Part shown: positions 28,701-39,167 of the stretch, piece by piece
Position numbering within the stretch: the first letter of the stretch is position 1
Layout: every line of letters starts with the position of its first letter
Assembly (NCBI GenBank): GCA_963833985.1
Contig: CAWIAD010000001.1
Span: 1,344,001 to 1,408,000, forward strand
Direction of reading: 5' to 3'
Source of the DNA: an uncultured Planctomycetaceae bacterium
GTDB lineage: Bacteria; Planctomycetota; Planctomycetia; Isosphaerales; Isosphaeraceae
DNA length: 64,000 nucleotides
Position numbers and translations under genes: made by a program
Notes under the pieces: model-generated
Seen by the model: the letters and a program-made list of their open reading frames with translations, nothing else
Told to the model about the DNA's origin: nothing
The model's database searches: none

Positions 28701-28864
28701 CGGATCCCGGGAGCAAGGTCTCACGGATCAAGAACCAGGCGCACAACTACGACCTGCTCGGCGATCTGAACACCAAGCCGCGCACCTCCTACCTGGCACG
28801 GCTGAGGAACCCGAATCCCAGGATGGCCGCCGGAGCGGACGTGGCGGCAGGGGGGCACGCATGA
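25748..28864 (+). CDS. actB: ACIII molybdopterin-oxidoreductase-like/Fe-S subunit
   Basis: YWRSL, Tat DRRRFLQLM...[13 protein letters not shown]; Fe-S motifs [43 protein letters not shown]. Confidence 0.95.
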   Translation: MTETEPSSSNLEPLAIPTGKAYWRSLDHLADTPQFRDWIERRFPESMSELLAGGVDRRRFLQLMAASIGLAGLAGCRRPEMKALPYAKSPEEVVPGLPNFYATAMPRRGGALPILVESHEGRPTKIEGNPRHPDSGGSSDVLAQAWVLELYDPDRAGPVRHLGEPSTWKDYDVFAAQHYASLRQRKGKGLRILSEGLNSPSLDLLREHLRSTLPEAGWHVFEPVSTSNALDGAALACGSPVLPRFHFDRAEVIVSLDSDFLGLEEDGTRHHRGFSRGRLGEGQVPAMNRLYVVESQFSITGGMADHRLRLPSSHVLDYTLALARAVATSDPVVPAPGSPQARLRTALEQRRPSVRLDERWVREVAADLRSRPGKTIIVAGRRQPPLVHALALALNDMLGSLGKTVELHKAPGRPAAGTIHELAGAIDQGQVETLVILGGNPAYNAPADLALAERLKQVPTTIRLGLHADETSRLATWHLPLAHGLEAWGDARAGNGAVLPVQPLIEPLFEGRNMLEELARLTQYETSSPYEIVRRAFRKVSGTKDAEFEAAWRRCLHEGTSTAGAEASVRPAVAWDSVARAVGAAGPGTGPLSASNLELVLERDTKVDDGRFANNGWLQELPHPVTKLSWGNAALFSPRTAEELGIVDGDVVRLELDGRSLETAAMILPGQADHSVGLALGYGRSGAGHIGRDVGSNAYALRSSGAPDLARGLKVSGTGKKASLACSQDHFTMEGRDLIRELTLADLIGPHETGHAHEPELHDIQTVPVSAGEHQWGMAIDLNTCTGCNACVLACQSENNIPIVGRDEILRGREMHWIRIDRYFAGDLEEPELVHQPVACMQCEKAPCEVVCPINATVHGEEGLNLMVYSRCIGTRYCANNCPYKVHRFNYFDYNQRPLDQLWYGPLAEKGMPETLKMQKNPDVSVRMRGVMEKCTYCVQRIERARIGVHVAAGGAPPGKIPDGTVVPACAQACPAQAIVFGDISDPGSKVSRIKNQAHNYDLLGDLNTKPRTSYLARLRNPNPRMAAGADVAAGGHA

Positions 28865-30828
28865 ACGGTCCGTCGGAAGAGCCGCTGGATCCTCCTTCCC
28901 TGGTCGCGGGAAGCCATGACTTCGGCTCCATCACCGAGATGGTCTGCGGGCTGGTGGAACAGCCAGCCCCGGCCTGGTGGTGGCTGGCCTTCCTGGTCTG
29001 CGGGGCCGTCGGCACGATCGGTGCGATCGCGACCGTTTACGTCATCTCGACGGGGCTGGGCATCTGGGGCATGAACCAGACGGTGGGCTGGGGCCTGCCC
29101 ATCGGAACCTTCGTCTTCTGGGTCGGCATCGGCCACGCCGGCACACTCATCTCGGCGATCCTCTTCCTGTTCCGACAGAAGTGGCGGTCCAGCCTGAACC
29201 GCGCCGCCGAGGCCATGACGCTCTTCGCCGTGGCCTGCGCGGGGCTGTACGTGATGATCCACATCGGCCGCGTCTGGATCGCCTGGTTCATGGTGCCGTT
29301 CCCGAACTCGAACGAGCTTTTTCCGAACTTCCGCAGCGCGCTTTCGTGGGATTTCGCGGCCATCTCGACGTATGGCCTGGTGTCGCTGATGTTCTGGTAC
29401 GTGGGGCTGATCCCCGACATGGCCACCTTGCGCAACCGCGCGAAGACCCGGCTGCGTGGCTGGATCTACGGCCTGCTGGCCCTCGGCTGGCGCGGCTCGG
29501 CGCGGCACTGGAACAACTACGAGATGGCCTACCTGCTCCTGGCTGGCCTGGCCACGCCCCTGGTGGTGAGCGTGCACACGATCGTGAGCTTTGATTTCGC
29601 GACCGCGGTGGTTCCGGGCTGGCACTCGACGATCTTTCCTCCCTACTTCGTCACGGGTGCGATCTTCTCCGGGCTGGCGATGGTGATCACCCTGCTGGTG
29701 CCCTTGCGCCGGCTCTGCCGGCTCGAGGACCTGATCACCGGCACGCATCTGCAAAATATGTGCAAGCTGATCCTGGTGACGTCGCTGATCATCGCCTACG
29801 CCTACGGGACCGAGTTCTTCATGGCCTGGTATGCCGGCAACCCGTTCGAGCAGTACACGTTCCGCAACCGGGTGATGGGGCCCTACGGCTGGTGCTTCGC
29901 GACCATGGTGCTGTGCAACGTGCTCTTGCCGCAGCTCTTCTGGTTCCGCTGGTTCCGGACGACGCCTTGGGCCATGTTCGTCATCTCGCTGTTCGTGAAC
30001 GTCGGCATGTGGTTCGAGCGATTCGTGATCGTGACGACGAGTCTGCACCGCGATTTCCTGCCGTCAAGCTGGAAGATGTTCTACCCCACATGGGTTGACT
30101 ACGTGCAACTGCTGGGCGGCTTCGGGCTCTTCACGACGCTGTTTCTGCTCTTCATCCGGGTCTTGCCGATGGTGGCCATGAGCGAGGTGAAGGCTTGCCT
30201 CCCGGCGGCCGACCCTCATTCCGAGGAGCATTGCGGGTTGGGCCGGGACGGAGCGGAGCAGGCCGGAGCGGTTGTCTCCGCGGTGGTGCGGCCGGCTTCA
30301 GGTCCCACTTTCGGGGTGCTGGCGCGGTTTGCCGGTCCGGGACCGCTGCTGAATGCGGCCCGGCGGCTGCACGCCGCGGGGTACCGGCGGGTGGACGCGT
30401 ACTCGCCGTTCCCGATCCACGGCATGGAGCGGGCGCTGCGGCTGCGCCGCTCGCTGGTGCCGGCATTCGTCTTCGCGGGCGGGGCGATCGGAGTGCTCTT
30501 TGCGCAGTGGGTCCAGCACTACCAGAGCTCAGTAGGCTACCCGGTGGTGGTCTTCGGAAAGCCGCTGGACAGCGCGGAGGCGTTCGTACCGATCAGCTTC
30601 GAGACGATGATCCTGTATGCCTCTTTCGCGTCGGTACTGAGCATGCTGGTGCTCAACGGCCTGCCCCGGTTCTACCATCCGGTGTTCCGCGGAAGGTCAT
30701 TCGCCAGGGCCAGCGATGATGGCTTCTTCCTTTCCGTCGAATCGCGGGACGATGTGTTCGGCCGTGAGGAAACGCCGGCCTTGCTGGCGGAGCTGGGGGC
30801 GACCGAAATCGAATTCCTGACAGACTGA
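28861..30828 (+). CDS. actC: ACIII ActC (NrfD-like) fused in frame to ActD (DUF3341)
   Basis: [43 protein letters not shown], then [10 protein letters not shown]...PISFE...NGLPRFYHP. Confidence 0.9.
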   Translation: MNGPSEEPLDPPSLVAGSHDFGSITEMVCGLVEQPAPAWWWLAFLVCGAVGTIGAIATVYVISTGLGIWGMNQTVGWGLPIGTFVFWVGIGHAGTLISAILFLFRQKWRSSLNRAAEAMTLFAVACAGLYVMIHIGRVWIAWFMVPFPNSNELFPNFRSALSWDFAAISTYGLVSLMFWYVGLIPDMATLRNRAKTRLRGWIYGLLALGWRGSARHWNNYEMAYLLLAGLATPLVVSVHTIVSFDFATAVVPGWHSTIFPPYFVTGAIFSGLAMVITLLVPLRRLCRLEDLITGTHLQNMCKLILVTSLIIAYAYGTEFFMAWYAGNPFEQYTFRNRVMGPYGWCFATMVLCNVLLPQLFWFRWFRTTPWAMFVISLFVNVGMWFERFVIVTTSLHRDFLPSSWKMFYPTWVDYVQLLGGFGLFTTLFLLFIRVLPMVAMSEVKACLPAADPHSEEHCGLGRDGAEQAGAVVSAVVRPASGPTFGVLARFAGPGPLLNAARRLHAAGYRRVDAYSPFPIHGMERALRLRRSLVPAFVFAGGAIGVLFAQWVQHYQSSVGYPVVVFGKPLDSAEAFVPISFETMILYASFASVLSMLVLNGLPRFYHPVFRGRSFARASDDGFFLSVESRDDVFGREETPALLAELGATEIEFLTD

Positions 30829-30925
30829 GGACCGTGTGCCGGTCTGGCCGGGGTTCGTTCTCCGGGGGGTGGTGTCGCGTGGCGTGCAGCGCGTTTCTTC
30901 ACTTGCGGATTGATGGGTGGCGGCG

Positions 30926-31582
30926 ATGCGATTGGTGATCTGTGTGCTGGTGCTGGCGACGGGCGTGTTCGTTTCCCTGATGGGAGTGCGGGGCACGATC
31001 AGCGATCGGCGGCCGCTCATGATCGTGCCGGACATGGTGGTCCAGCCGCGCTACGGCGCCCAGGATGAAAGCGCGTTCTTCAAAGACGGCCGGGAGCTGC
31101 GCACACCTCCCACGGGCACGGTGGCCTTCGGCGGGGCCGACTATGCAAGCGATGCGGGCGCACCGCGATTGAACCCCGATTTCCTCCAGGAGGATGAGCG
31201 CTACTACCGCGGCAAGCAGGGAACGGGGTGGGTGACCCGTCTCCCCGTGAAGCTTGATATGGACCTGCTCAAGAGGGGCCGGCAGCGCTACGAGATCTAC
31301 TGCGCACCCTGCCACGGCCTGACCGGGTCCGGCAATGGGCTCATGACGCAGTACGGCCTGGCGGGCGTGGCGACGATCACCGACGCGTTCCACGGCCTCA
31401 TGCCGGTGGGCGAGTACTTCAGCGTCATCAGCAACGGCAAGGGGAAGATGCTCGGCTACGGCGGCCAGATCAAGGTTGCCGACCGCTGGGCGATCGTGGC
31501 CTACATCCGCGCCCTGACTCGCAGCCAGAACGCGCGCATCGGCGATGTCCCGGAATCCAGGCGAGCGGAGCTGAACCAGTGA
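30926..31582 (+). CDS. actE: ACIII monoheme cytochrome c
   Basis: PDMVVQPRY...FFKDGR..RTPPTGTV; RGRQRYEIYCAPCHG; DRWAIVAYIRAL. Confidence 0.92.
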   Translation: MRLVICVLVLATGVFVSLMGVRGTISDRRPLMIVPDMVVQPRYGAQDESAFFKDGRELRTPPTGTVAFGGADYASDAGAPRLNPDFLQEDERYYRGKQGTGWVTRLPVKLDMDLLKRGRQRYEIYCAPCHGLTGSGNGLMTQYGLAGVATITDAFHGLMPVGEYFSVISNGKGKMLGYGGQIKVADRWAIVAYIRALTRSQNARIGDVPESRRAELNQ

Positions 31583-32777
31583 CCCATGCACGCCGGCTGA
31601 CCGACAGTGTGTATCTGCCCGGCGGGGGAGGGCGCATCGTGGTCGCGCTCTTCACCGCGCTGGCCCTGGCCGCCGGCGCCGTGTCGTGGTCCCGCTGGGA
31701 AAGCGACCCGCACCGGTGGCTCTTCTCGTACCTGGTGGCCTGGACCTTTCTGGTCACAATCGGCGTCGGCTCCCTGGCGTGGCTGATGCTCCAGCACCTC
31801 ACGCGCGCGGTCTGGTCCATCGTCGTCCGCCGTCTGCTGGAGAACATCGCCCTGGCCCTGCCGTTGCTCGCCGTCGGGTTTGTCCCCATCGCCCGCAATT
31901 TGCAGAGGATCTATGCCTGGGCAGACGCCTCGCGCGTCGCTGCGGACCCTGCCCTGGGCGCAAGGCGGCCTGGCTTGACCCCATGTTCTTCAGCCTGCGT
32001 GCAGCCCTTTACCTGGGGCTCTGGGCCCTTCTCGCCACCCTGCTGGGAAGCAGCTCGGCGCGCCAGGACCGAACATCTGACCCGCGCGCGAAGCAGCGCA
32101 TGCGGAGGCTGAGCTGCGCCGGGCTGCCGGTGCTCGCCGTGACCGCCAGCTTCGCCGGATTCGACTGGCTGATGTCGCTGGAGCCGCACTGGGCTTCCAC
32201 GATGTTCGGGGTCTACTTCTGGGCCCAGTCGCTGGTGTCTTCGCTGGCCGCGCTGATCGTGGTCGCACTGGTGCTGCGCGGCACCGGCTGGCTGCGCCAG
32301 ACCATCACTGTCGAACACCTGCACGACCTGGGCAAGCTGCTCTTCGGCTTCGTCGTGTTCTGGACCTACATCGCCTTCAGCCAGTATTTCCTCATCTGGT
32401 ACGCCAACCTGCCGGAAGAGACAAGCTGGTACATCGCGCACCGCATGGGTACCTGGAACACGCTGAGCTGGGCCCTGTGCTTCGGGCATTTCACGGTCCC
32501 CTTTTTCCTGCTCTTGTTCCGAAAGACCCGGCGCGATCCTTTCTGGCTGGGATTCCTGGCCGTCTGGGTGCTGGTTTTCCATTACCTGGACCTCTTCTGG
32601 GTCATCATGCCGACGCCGTACCCCGAGGGCGTCTTGCCCGACTGGCAGGACGCGTCGACCCTGGCCGCCCTGGTGCTGGCCGTCGGGGCGGTTGTGGCCC
32701 ATGGCTGCCGGGTGCGCGCACTGGTCCCGGTGGGCGATCCTCATCTTCCCGGGTCGCTCGCGTTCCGCAATCCATGA
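31579..32777 (+). CDS. actF: ACIII membrane subunit (frameshift near 31958)
   Basis: SYLVAW...QHLTRAVWS...RRLLE then DWLMSLEPHWASTMFG, HDLGKLLFGF..FWTY..FSQY..IWYANLPEET. Confidence 0.9.
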
Positions 32778-32789
32778 GGGGCGAGTCTG

Positions 32790-34394
32790 ATGTCTGCGGG
32801 TAGAGACCATTCCACACAATCGAATCAGGATGATCCTGACATGAGCGATCCATCCCGAGCACCGCGGACGCCATCCGGAACCGCGGACGAAAGTCACGAG
32901 AACGAGCCCCAGGCGGGCACTCATTCCCTGTTGCTGGCCCTGGTGCTGGGCCTCTTCAAGCTGGCCGGCGTGGCCTTGCTGGTTTACCTGACATACTTCT
33001 TCACGACGAGTTTCGCGAACCGGACCCCGCCGCCCCCGGCGCTGTCGGAGGACCAGCAGGCACTTGCAAAGAAGTCGGAGGATCTGCGGAACCAGGGGAA
33101 GAAGCTGCTGTCGTCATACGGGTGGATCAATCCCGCGGTCAAGAGCAGCGTGCGCATTCCCATCGAACGTGCCATGGAGCTGATTGTTGCCGAGGCATCC
33201 CAGCCCGCGCTGCCCCTGGCCGCGGCTGCCCCCGGCGCTGGAGCACCGGGGACTGCGCCAGCGGCAGCGGGCTCAGGCGTGAAACCGGCGACGGCCCCCG
33301 GAACGTCGACGCCCGTGGCGGCTGCGCCAGCGGCCCCGGCCGGCATGCCTCCCCAGGAGATCTACCGCGCGGTCTGCATGGCGTGCCATGAAGCGGACGG
33401 CAAGGCCAAGATCTTCCGGCTCGCCACGCCGGCCATCCCCGACCTTACCGACCCGAAGTGGCAATCTTCCCGCAGCGACGCCGAGCTCGAGAAGTCGATC
33501 CTTGAGGGCAAGGAATCCGTCATCAGGGGCGTGAAATCGACGGTCATGGTCTCGCAGAAGGAGAACCTGGCCCGGGCCGGTACGAGCGTCAAGGACATGG
33601 TGGCGTTCATGCGCGCCTTCAAGGGGGGCAAGCAAGTGGTCTCGGCCATTCCCGGTGGCATGCCGGCGGAAACCCAGGCGCCGCTGGCGGTGGCGTCCGG
33701 GCCCGCCGTCCCAGCACCCGCGGTGCCGCCGGCCCCTGCTTCAGCGGGGGGAAGCGTTCCACCTTCCCTTGCCATGACCACCACATCGGCTTCCGTCGCG
33801 GGCTCGGCGCCCGCCCCAGCCGGCCGTGCCGCGATGAGCGCAGGGCTGCCTTCCGCCGCGCCCGCGGCTTCCCTGTTGACGGCTGCACCCGGTGCGACGG
33901 CACCCGCGCAGGCCCCACGCATGGCCGCTGCCGGCACCACCTTGCCGTCCGCGCTGCCTTCCTCCGCGAATGCGGCTGCTGTCGCGGCCCAGGCGGAACG
34001 GCTCAGGCTGGCCTCAATGACCTTCAACACGCTGTGCATCGCCTGCCACGGTGCCGACGGGCGTGGCACCGCAGTCCGGACCGCAATGCCGCAACTTCCG
34101 AACTTCACCTTGCACGACTGGCACACCACCAAGAGCACCAGTCAGCTTGCCACCACGATCATGGAAGGCAAGGGCCTGATGCCCGCCTGGAACGCTCAGT
34201 TGACGGCGGACAAGGCGCGTGACCTGGCGCTCTATGTCCGCAGCTTCGGTGCTCCGGAGATGCTCGCCGAGACCCAGGCCGCCTCCGCCCCGTCGATGGC
34301 GGCCTTCGACAGCGAGATGCAGTCATTGCGGCAAAGCTTCGACGAGATCGAGAAGCAGCTCCAGGCGCTTTCGGCCGGAGCTGCCAGGCCATGA
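32790..34394 (+). CDS. Membrane-anchored ActG-like domain plus two c-type cytochrome domains on Ala/Pro linkers (start may be 32841)
   Basis: One TM helix; SYGWINP...VRIPIERAMELIV; CMACH and CIACH; long AP-rich spacers; C-terminal coiled coil. Confidence 0.8.
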   Translation: MSAGRDHSTQSNQDDPDMSDPSRAPRTPSGTADESHENEPQAGTHSLLLALVLGLFKLAGVALLVYLTYFFTTSFANRTPPPPALSEDQQALAKKSEDLRNQGKKLLSSYGWINPAVKSSVRIPIERAMELIVAEASQPALPLAAAAPGAGAPGTAPAAAGSGVKPATAPGTSTPVAAAPAAPAGMPPQEIYRAVCMACHEADGKAKIFRLATPAIPDLTDPKWQSSRSDAELEKSILEGKESVIRGVKSTVMVSQKENLARAGTSVKDMVAFMRAFKGGKQVVSAIPGGMPAETQAPLAVASGPAVPAPAVPPAPASAGGSVPPSLAMTTTSASVAGSAPAPAGRAAMSAGLPSAAPAASLLTAAPGATAPAQAPRMAAAGTTLPSALPSSANAAAVAAQAERLRLASMTFNTLCIACHGADGRGTAVRTAMPQLPNFTLHDWHTTKSTSQLATTIMEGKGLMPAWNAQLTADKARDLALYVRSFGAPEMLAETQAASAPSMAAFDSEMQSLRQSFDEIEKQLQALSAGAARP

Positions 34395-34414
34395 GCGGGC
34401 GGTTTCCGCTTGCC

Positions 34415-34960
34415 TCATGGCGTCATCTGGAACGGTCCCGGGCCAGCCGGCAGGGGCACGGCCTGCACCGGCGGATTGGCCGCCTCTTCCGCGGCCTTGG
34501 CCTGCGCGGCTGACTTGTCGGCCGCCTGGGACTCCTCACGCATTTCGGCAATCGGCTGTGAGAAGATCTGCCGCTTGGGCGAGGCCTCGATGGGCCCGCT
34601 TGCCGGCGGGATGTCGTGCCAGCGGCGGAAGAATGACTCGATCTTGGCCTGCTCCTCGCCGGTCATCAGGGCCCGCACTCGCATGTGGGCCAGCACGTTC
34701 TGGTAATTCGAGAACGGCCGTTCGCCGATTGAGCGCGCGTTGTGGCAATAGCCGCAGTACATGGAGAAGAGCTGGCCGCCAGTCACCTCGTCCTCCCACT
34801 TGCCGCTCAGCTCGTCTCCCTTCGGCAGCCGGAACCGGAAGGGAGCGGGCTTCTGGGAAACATCGACGGGCGGCGTGAAACATCCGACCGCGGGCAGGGC
34901 GAGGACGCCGAGAATCATCAGCCTGGCGACGGCTGACACGCCTTCACGAGGTCTCCGCAT
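34415..34960 (-). CDS. Lipoprotein monoheme cytochrome c
   Basis: Lipobox-like LPAVGC; GGQLFSMYCGYCHNAR; HMRVRA. Confidence 0.82.
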   Translation of the reverse strand: MRRPREGVSAVARLMILGVLALPAVGCFTPPVDVSQKPAPFRFRLPKGDELSGKWEDEVTGGQLFSMYCGYCHNARSIGERPFSNYQNVLAHMRVRALMTGEEQAKIESFFRRWHDIPPASGPIEASPKRQIFSQPIAEMREESQAADKSAAQAKAAEEAANPPVQAVPLPAGPGPFQMTP

Positions 34961-35091
34961 CGTCCTCGCTTCCATGCTTGAAGTTCCCGACATGAGTCTG
35001 GCTCCCCTCTCTCCTCGAAATCGTCCCTGATTTCGTTCACGGCGGCGTCTGGCCGGATCCCCTGACCGCAGGCGAGCCGGGATTCCGGAAC

Positions 35092-36681
35092 TCACCAGAA
35101 CCAGGCCCACTGGGCCATGAAGATGTTGTCATTGAGTTGATGGTGGACCTCCTGGTTGATCTCGTAGGCGAAGTGGACCACGTTGCTGGCGTAGAACCAG
35201 TAGTTCAGGCCAAAGGTATACTGATTCGTATCCACGGGTGCTCCCCCCGCCCCGAAGGTCGTCAGGTCCAGCTTCGCGTAATTGATACCGGTGAAGTTGG
35301 CGAAGCTGTACCGGACGACATACTCGACCTTGGAGAGAATCGGGGAGCGGTTGTTGTAGTCGCGGTAGGTGAGCTGTGAATAGAGTCCGCGACGTTCGAT
35401 GTTATTGCCGATCGACCCCTTGGCTTGCTGGTAGTTGTCAGCAAATTCCGTGAGGAAGTACCAGTTGCCCTTATGGTAGCTGAGGTCCCATCCCCAGAGC
35501 TGAAAGTGGTCGCGAACGCCAGGATTGTAGATGCCGTTGGAGTAGCCAGAGAAGCCCATGTTCAGCCCCCGCCTGGGCATCCAGAGCGCGAAACGGCCGC
35601 CGTAAGCCTGCGAGCTCACCTCTTCCGGCCCTCCGACGATGCCTCCGAGGTCGACCGACTGGGTGTAGTTTGAGGGGCTCTGGGCAAGCTGATAGCCGTT
35701 TCCAAAGTACATCTGGTAGGTCATCTTGATCGGTAGAGCGCCCAGGTAACTGGCTCCGCTGAGCTGGATGCCGTCGGTGGAGGACGCGGGTGAGACCTGG
35801 TTGAACATGAGCGGGGGATCCGGCAGACGGTTGATCCACTCGTGGTTGTACCAGAGGTTGAATTGTCCGATGGGCGTGAGGAACCTGCCGACGTTCAGCG
35901 TCATCCACTTGTTGAGCAAAACATCGATCTGGGCGTTGCCGATGCCAACGCCGGAGACGTTATTCAGATCGATGCTGGCTTCCGCCAGGAACCGCTTGTT
36001 GAGCTGAACGAGGAAGTAAGGAGAAACCTGCATCGTCGTGAAATTGCCGTTCTGCCCGTTCTGCTTGTTGTACCCCGCGAGCATCTGGCCGTAGATGCTC
36101 ACCGGCGTCTCGTTGTTGTAGTGTGTGTCGAACAGTTCCTTCAGGGGCGCCGGCAGCCGTGGGCCGTTGCGGATCTCGGTGTCCAGCCGTTCGCGCAACT
36201 CGTCGGTGGCCGCGGCCTGCTCCTGGTCGCGCTGGGCCGCTTGCTGGGCGCGCGACGAGAGCTGCTCGGTCTTGGCCTCCAGCTTGTCGACCGCCTGCGT
36301 TGACGTCGGCGCGACCGCCTGTTTCTTGAGCTGGTCGGCCAGCAGATTGGCGGTTTTCTGAAGGATCTCGATCTGCTTTTGCTGGAGTTCCGCGCGCTTC
36401 TTTTGTAATTCCATGTCGCGGGAGTACTGCTCCTTGAGAGCCTGGATCTCGCGTGCATTGCGGGCGAGGGCCTCTTGCAGGCTATCCTGGGGACCCGCAG
36501 CGGCGTTTGCCGGCGGGGCCGCCTGTCGCGGAGCCACGGGCTTTGCCGCGGTCGATGGGAGCGGGGCCGCCTTGATGTCCTGTGCAGTCAATGGACCATT
36601 CAAGGGCGCGGGAGCCTGAGCCTGGGCGGATCCCAGCCAGATCATGCATCCAATGAGCCCCAGGCCTATGCCGTGCCGCAT
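35092..36681 (-). CDS. Putative outer-membrane beta-barrel porin with N-terminal coiled coil
   Basis: Signal peptide ending AQA; Q/E/K/L coiled coil; amphipathic aromatic strands, VGRFLTPIGQFN, QYTFGLNYW; C-terminal AQWAWFW. Confidence 0.8.
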   Translation of the reverse strand: MRHGIGLGLIGCMIWLGSAQAQAPAPLNGPLTAQDIKAAPLPSTAAKPVAPRQAAPPANAAAGPQDSLQEALARNAREIQALKEQYSRDMELQKKRAELQQKQIEILQKTANLLADQLKKQAVAPTSTQAVDKLEAKTEQLSSRAQQAAQRDQEQAAATDELRERLDTEIRNGPRLPAPLKELFDTHYNNETPVSIYGQMLAGYNKQNGQNGNFTTMQVSPYFLVQLNKRFLAEASIDLNNVSGVGIGNAQIDVLLNKWMTLNVGRFLTPIGQFNLWYNHEWINRLPDPPLMFNQVSPASSTDGIQLSGASYLGALPIKMTYQMYFGNGYQLAQSPSNYTQSVDLGGIVGGPEEVSSQAYGGRFALWMPRRGLNMGFSGYSNGIYNPGVRDHFQLWGWDLSYHKGNWYFLTEFADNYQQAKGSIGNNIERRGLYSQLTYRDYNNRSPILSKVEYVVRYSFANFTGINYAKLDLTTFGAGGAPVDTNQYTFGLNYWFYASNVVHFAYEINQEVHHQLNDNIFMAQWAWFW

Positions 36682-37066
36682 TTGGAAGCCCTCGAAGAAA
36701 TGAGGCCTACGTCCGGATCGCATCGTGTCCGGACCGTCCACGCGAGAATCGGCGTGAGCGGATGACCCGATCCGGGCCATCCGCCACGCGAACAGCATCG
36801 TCAGGATCCCGGTCCGGCTCTGGCAGCATCACCAGGTGAGCCTGTCGGCTCGTCTTGGACCGGACGGTCGGACCGGGAACGATCGCGAGCTACCGGGCGG
36901 TGCTCTGAGTCGCCGCTGACAATATCGGTTAAACCGATCATTTCGATGAAATGGATTTTATGAAGTTTAAGGTTTTCTCACTCCGCCACGGGATGAGCGA
37001 AGCTCGAGACGCGAAAGACAAGTCGTCCGAACAGAGGCCGTAATGGTTTCGTTGTGGCAAGCCACG

Positions 37067-37100
37067 AAACGAAAAGGCCAGCCCCGTGGTGGGGCTGGCC
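37067..37100 (-). terminator. Intrinsic terminator after the cytochrome c gene
   Basis: 10-bp stem GGCCAGCCCC/GGGGCTGGCC followed on the minus strand by TTTTCGTTT. Confidence 0.75.
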
Positions 37101-37163
37101 CGTGATTGTCATGACTCGGCCGGACCGCTCGAGATTGAGAATACTTCAGGCTGCGGGCCCAGG

Positions 37164-37847
37164 TTACCGTGCAAAGGGAGTGGCGCTGGTGATACCTGCA
37201 TCAGGTGAGGGGAGACGCAGGGCGGCCTTCGGGGTGGCACCCGCCGCGGCACCGGGTGGGCTGCTGGAGGGAGCTTTTGGAGTGGACGCGCCACCGGCGC
37301 CGGCGCCCGCGCCGGCGGCCGCCGGTGCCTGGCCAGGCGGATTGCGCAGGACCGGCTTCGAGAGTTGCGTGCCGGGGACGAACGTCCGCAGGTAATGGGC
37401 GATGCCGTACGCTTCGTCGAGCGCGAGGGCGCCGCGGAACTGCGGCATCACCGCTCCCCGTCCTTCGATGATGATGCGCACGATGGCCGCGTCCGAGCGG
37501 TAGTTCTGCCAGCGCACGTCGGTGAAGTCCGGAATACCGGGAATGTCCCAGACTCCACGGCCGTCCACTCCGTGGCAGCGGATGCAGTACCTGTTGAACA
37601 GGTTCATGGAAACGGTTTTTTCCTGCTCCGGACTTCGCATCCAGTACCAGGCACCGCCGTTCAATGTCTCGATCTGGCCTGGCGGTACATGCTTGTGGCC
37701 GAAGTGTTTGTCGAAAATCGAGCCCCACGCATGATCGTCGCCGAGTGTGGGACAGCTGCCGACGGCAAGTAACACAACCGTGAGCACGGCCGAGATCAGC
37801 CCTGTCAGCAGCGTCGCGGTTCTGTGAGAGTGCGCGGACAACCTCAT
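37164..37847 (-). CDS. Exported monoheme cytochrome c (c6/cbb3-III-like)
   Basis: AGGAGG SD; signal peptide; LFNRYCIRCHGVDGRG, PDFTD, EGRGAVMPQF. Confidence 0.87.
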   Translation of the reverse strand: MRLSAHSHRTATLLTGLISAVLTVVLLAVGSCPTLGDDHAWGSIFDKHFGHKHVPPGQIETLNGGAWYWMRSPEQEKTVSMNLFNRYCIRCHGVDGRGVWDIPGIPDFTDVRWQNYRSDAAIVRIIIEGRGAVMPQFRGALALDEAYGIAHYLRTFVPGTQLSKPVLRNPPGQAPAAAGAGAGAGGASTPKAPSSSPPGAAAGATPKAALRLPSPDAGITSATPFAR

Positions 37848-38150
37848 GGCTCCTCCTGAGCGCAAATGCCTCTGAGAATAAAGGATCCCCACGATTGCCC
37901 GCGAAATCAGATCAACGGCGCCATCGCCGACGGCATGTATCGTGGTACTTCGAATGTATCGGAGAAATCCCGGGCCAAGTTTTGAACAGTTTCCCTGGCG
38001 GGACCGATTCTGCCGGGGAATCAGTCAGCGACGTTCGGTTGTCGTCTGAACGGGAATCCCCACGCGGCAAAACGAGATCCTTCATTCCACGCTCGCTGGC
38101 CGGTATGTTAGCCGATGGCGTGACACCGGACCACGAGACGAGGGAATGAC

Positions 38151-38960
38151 ATGGATCTGCAACTCCGGGGCAAGCTTGCACTCGTGACCGGCTCGACGGC
38201 CGGCATCGGCCTGGCGGTGGCGAAGGGGCTCTTCAGGGAAGGGGCGTCCGTCGTGGTCAACGGCCGCACGATCGGCCGCGTCGAGGAAGCCGTGGCCACA
38301 GTCCGGTCCGGCGGCCATGGCGACGGCGACGGCGACGGCAAGGTCTCGGGCATTGCCGCGGACCTCTCCAGCGCCGAGGGCGTGAACCTGCTTGTGCAGA
38401 GGCTGCCCGAGGTCGACATCCTGGTCAACAATCTGGGCATCTTCGAGCCCAGACCCTTTGAGGCGATCCCGGACGAGGACTGGCTGCGGTTCTTCGAGAC
38501 GAACGTCCTGAGCGGAGTGCGTCTCACACGCCGGTTCCTGCCGGCGATGCGCCGCAAGGACTGGGGCCGCATCGTCTTCGTCTCCAGCGAATCCGGGCTC
38601 CAGATCCCCGCGGAGATGGTCCACTACGGCATGACGAAGACCGCCCAGCTCGCCATTGCCCGGGGCGTGGCCGAGTCGGTCGCCGGGACCGGCATCACGG
38701 TCAACTCCGTCCTGCCGGGGCCGACGGAATCCGAGGGCGTGGCGCAGTTCGTGGCCGACCTGGCCCGTCAAAGGGGCGTGGAGCGCTCGGTGGTCGAGGC
38801 CGAGTTCTTCCAGACGGCCCGCCCCACGTCGCTGCTGAAGCGGTTTGCGACGGTTGAGGAGGTGGCGAACATGATCGTCTATGTGTGCAGCCCGCTCGCC
38901 TCGGCCACCAATGGAGCGGCCCTGCGGGTCGATGGCGGCGTGGTGCGGGCCATCGGCTGA
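38151..38960 (+). CDS. SDR family oxidoreductase
   Basis: TGSTAGIG, LVNNLG, YGMTK, RVDGG. Confidence 0.95.
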   Translation: MDLQLRGKLALVTGSTAGIGLAVAKGLFREGASVVVNGRTIGRVEEAVATVRSGGHGDGDGDGKVSGIAADLSSAEGVNLLVQRLPEVDILVNNLGIFEPRPFEAIPDEDWLRFFETNVLSGVRLTRRFLPAMRRKDWGRIVFVSSESGLQIPAEMVHYGMTKTAQLAIARGVAESVAGTGITVNSVLPGPTESEGVAQFVADLARQRGVERSVVEAEFFQTARPTSLLKRFATVEEVANMIVYVCSPLASATNGAALRVDGGVVRAIG

Positions 38961-39167
38961 GCCTCATCGCGGGCAGCTATTCTCCTTACCGTGCGCAAGA
39001 TCGGAGGCAAACGACAATAAGACCGGAGGCATATCACAATACGGTCGAAAGCCGAAAGCCGGAGTCAGAGAACAACTCGACCGGAACCTTTGACCATGAG
39101 CCCTCAGAGGGCGTCCGACCATTTCTGCTTGGAGTGGAAGTTGCGTATCCGAGTATCCGGATGCGCA

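Noticed and set aside
38319..38336. (GGCGAC)3 microsatellite in the SDR gene
   Set aside because: In-frame GDGDGD loop, too short to imply phase variation
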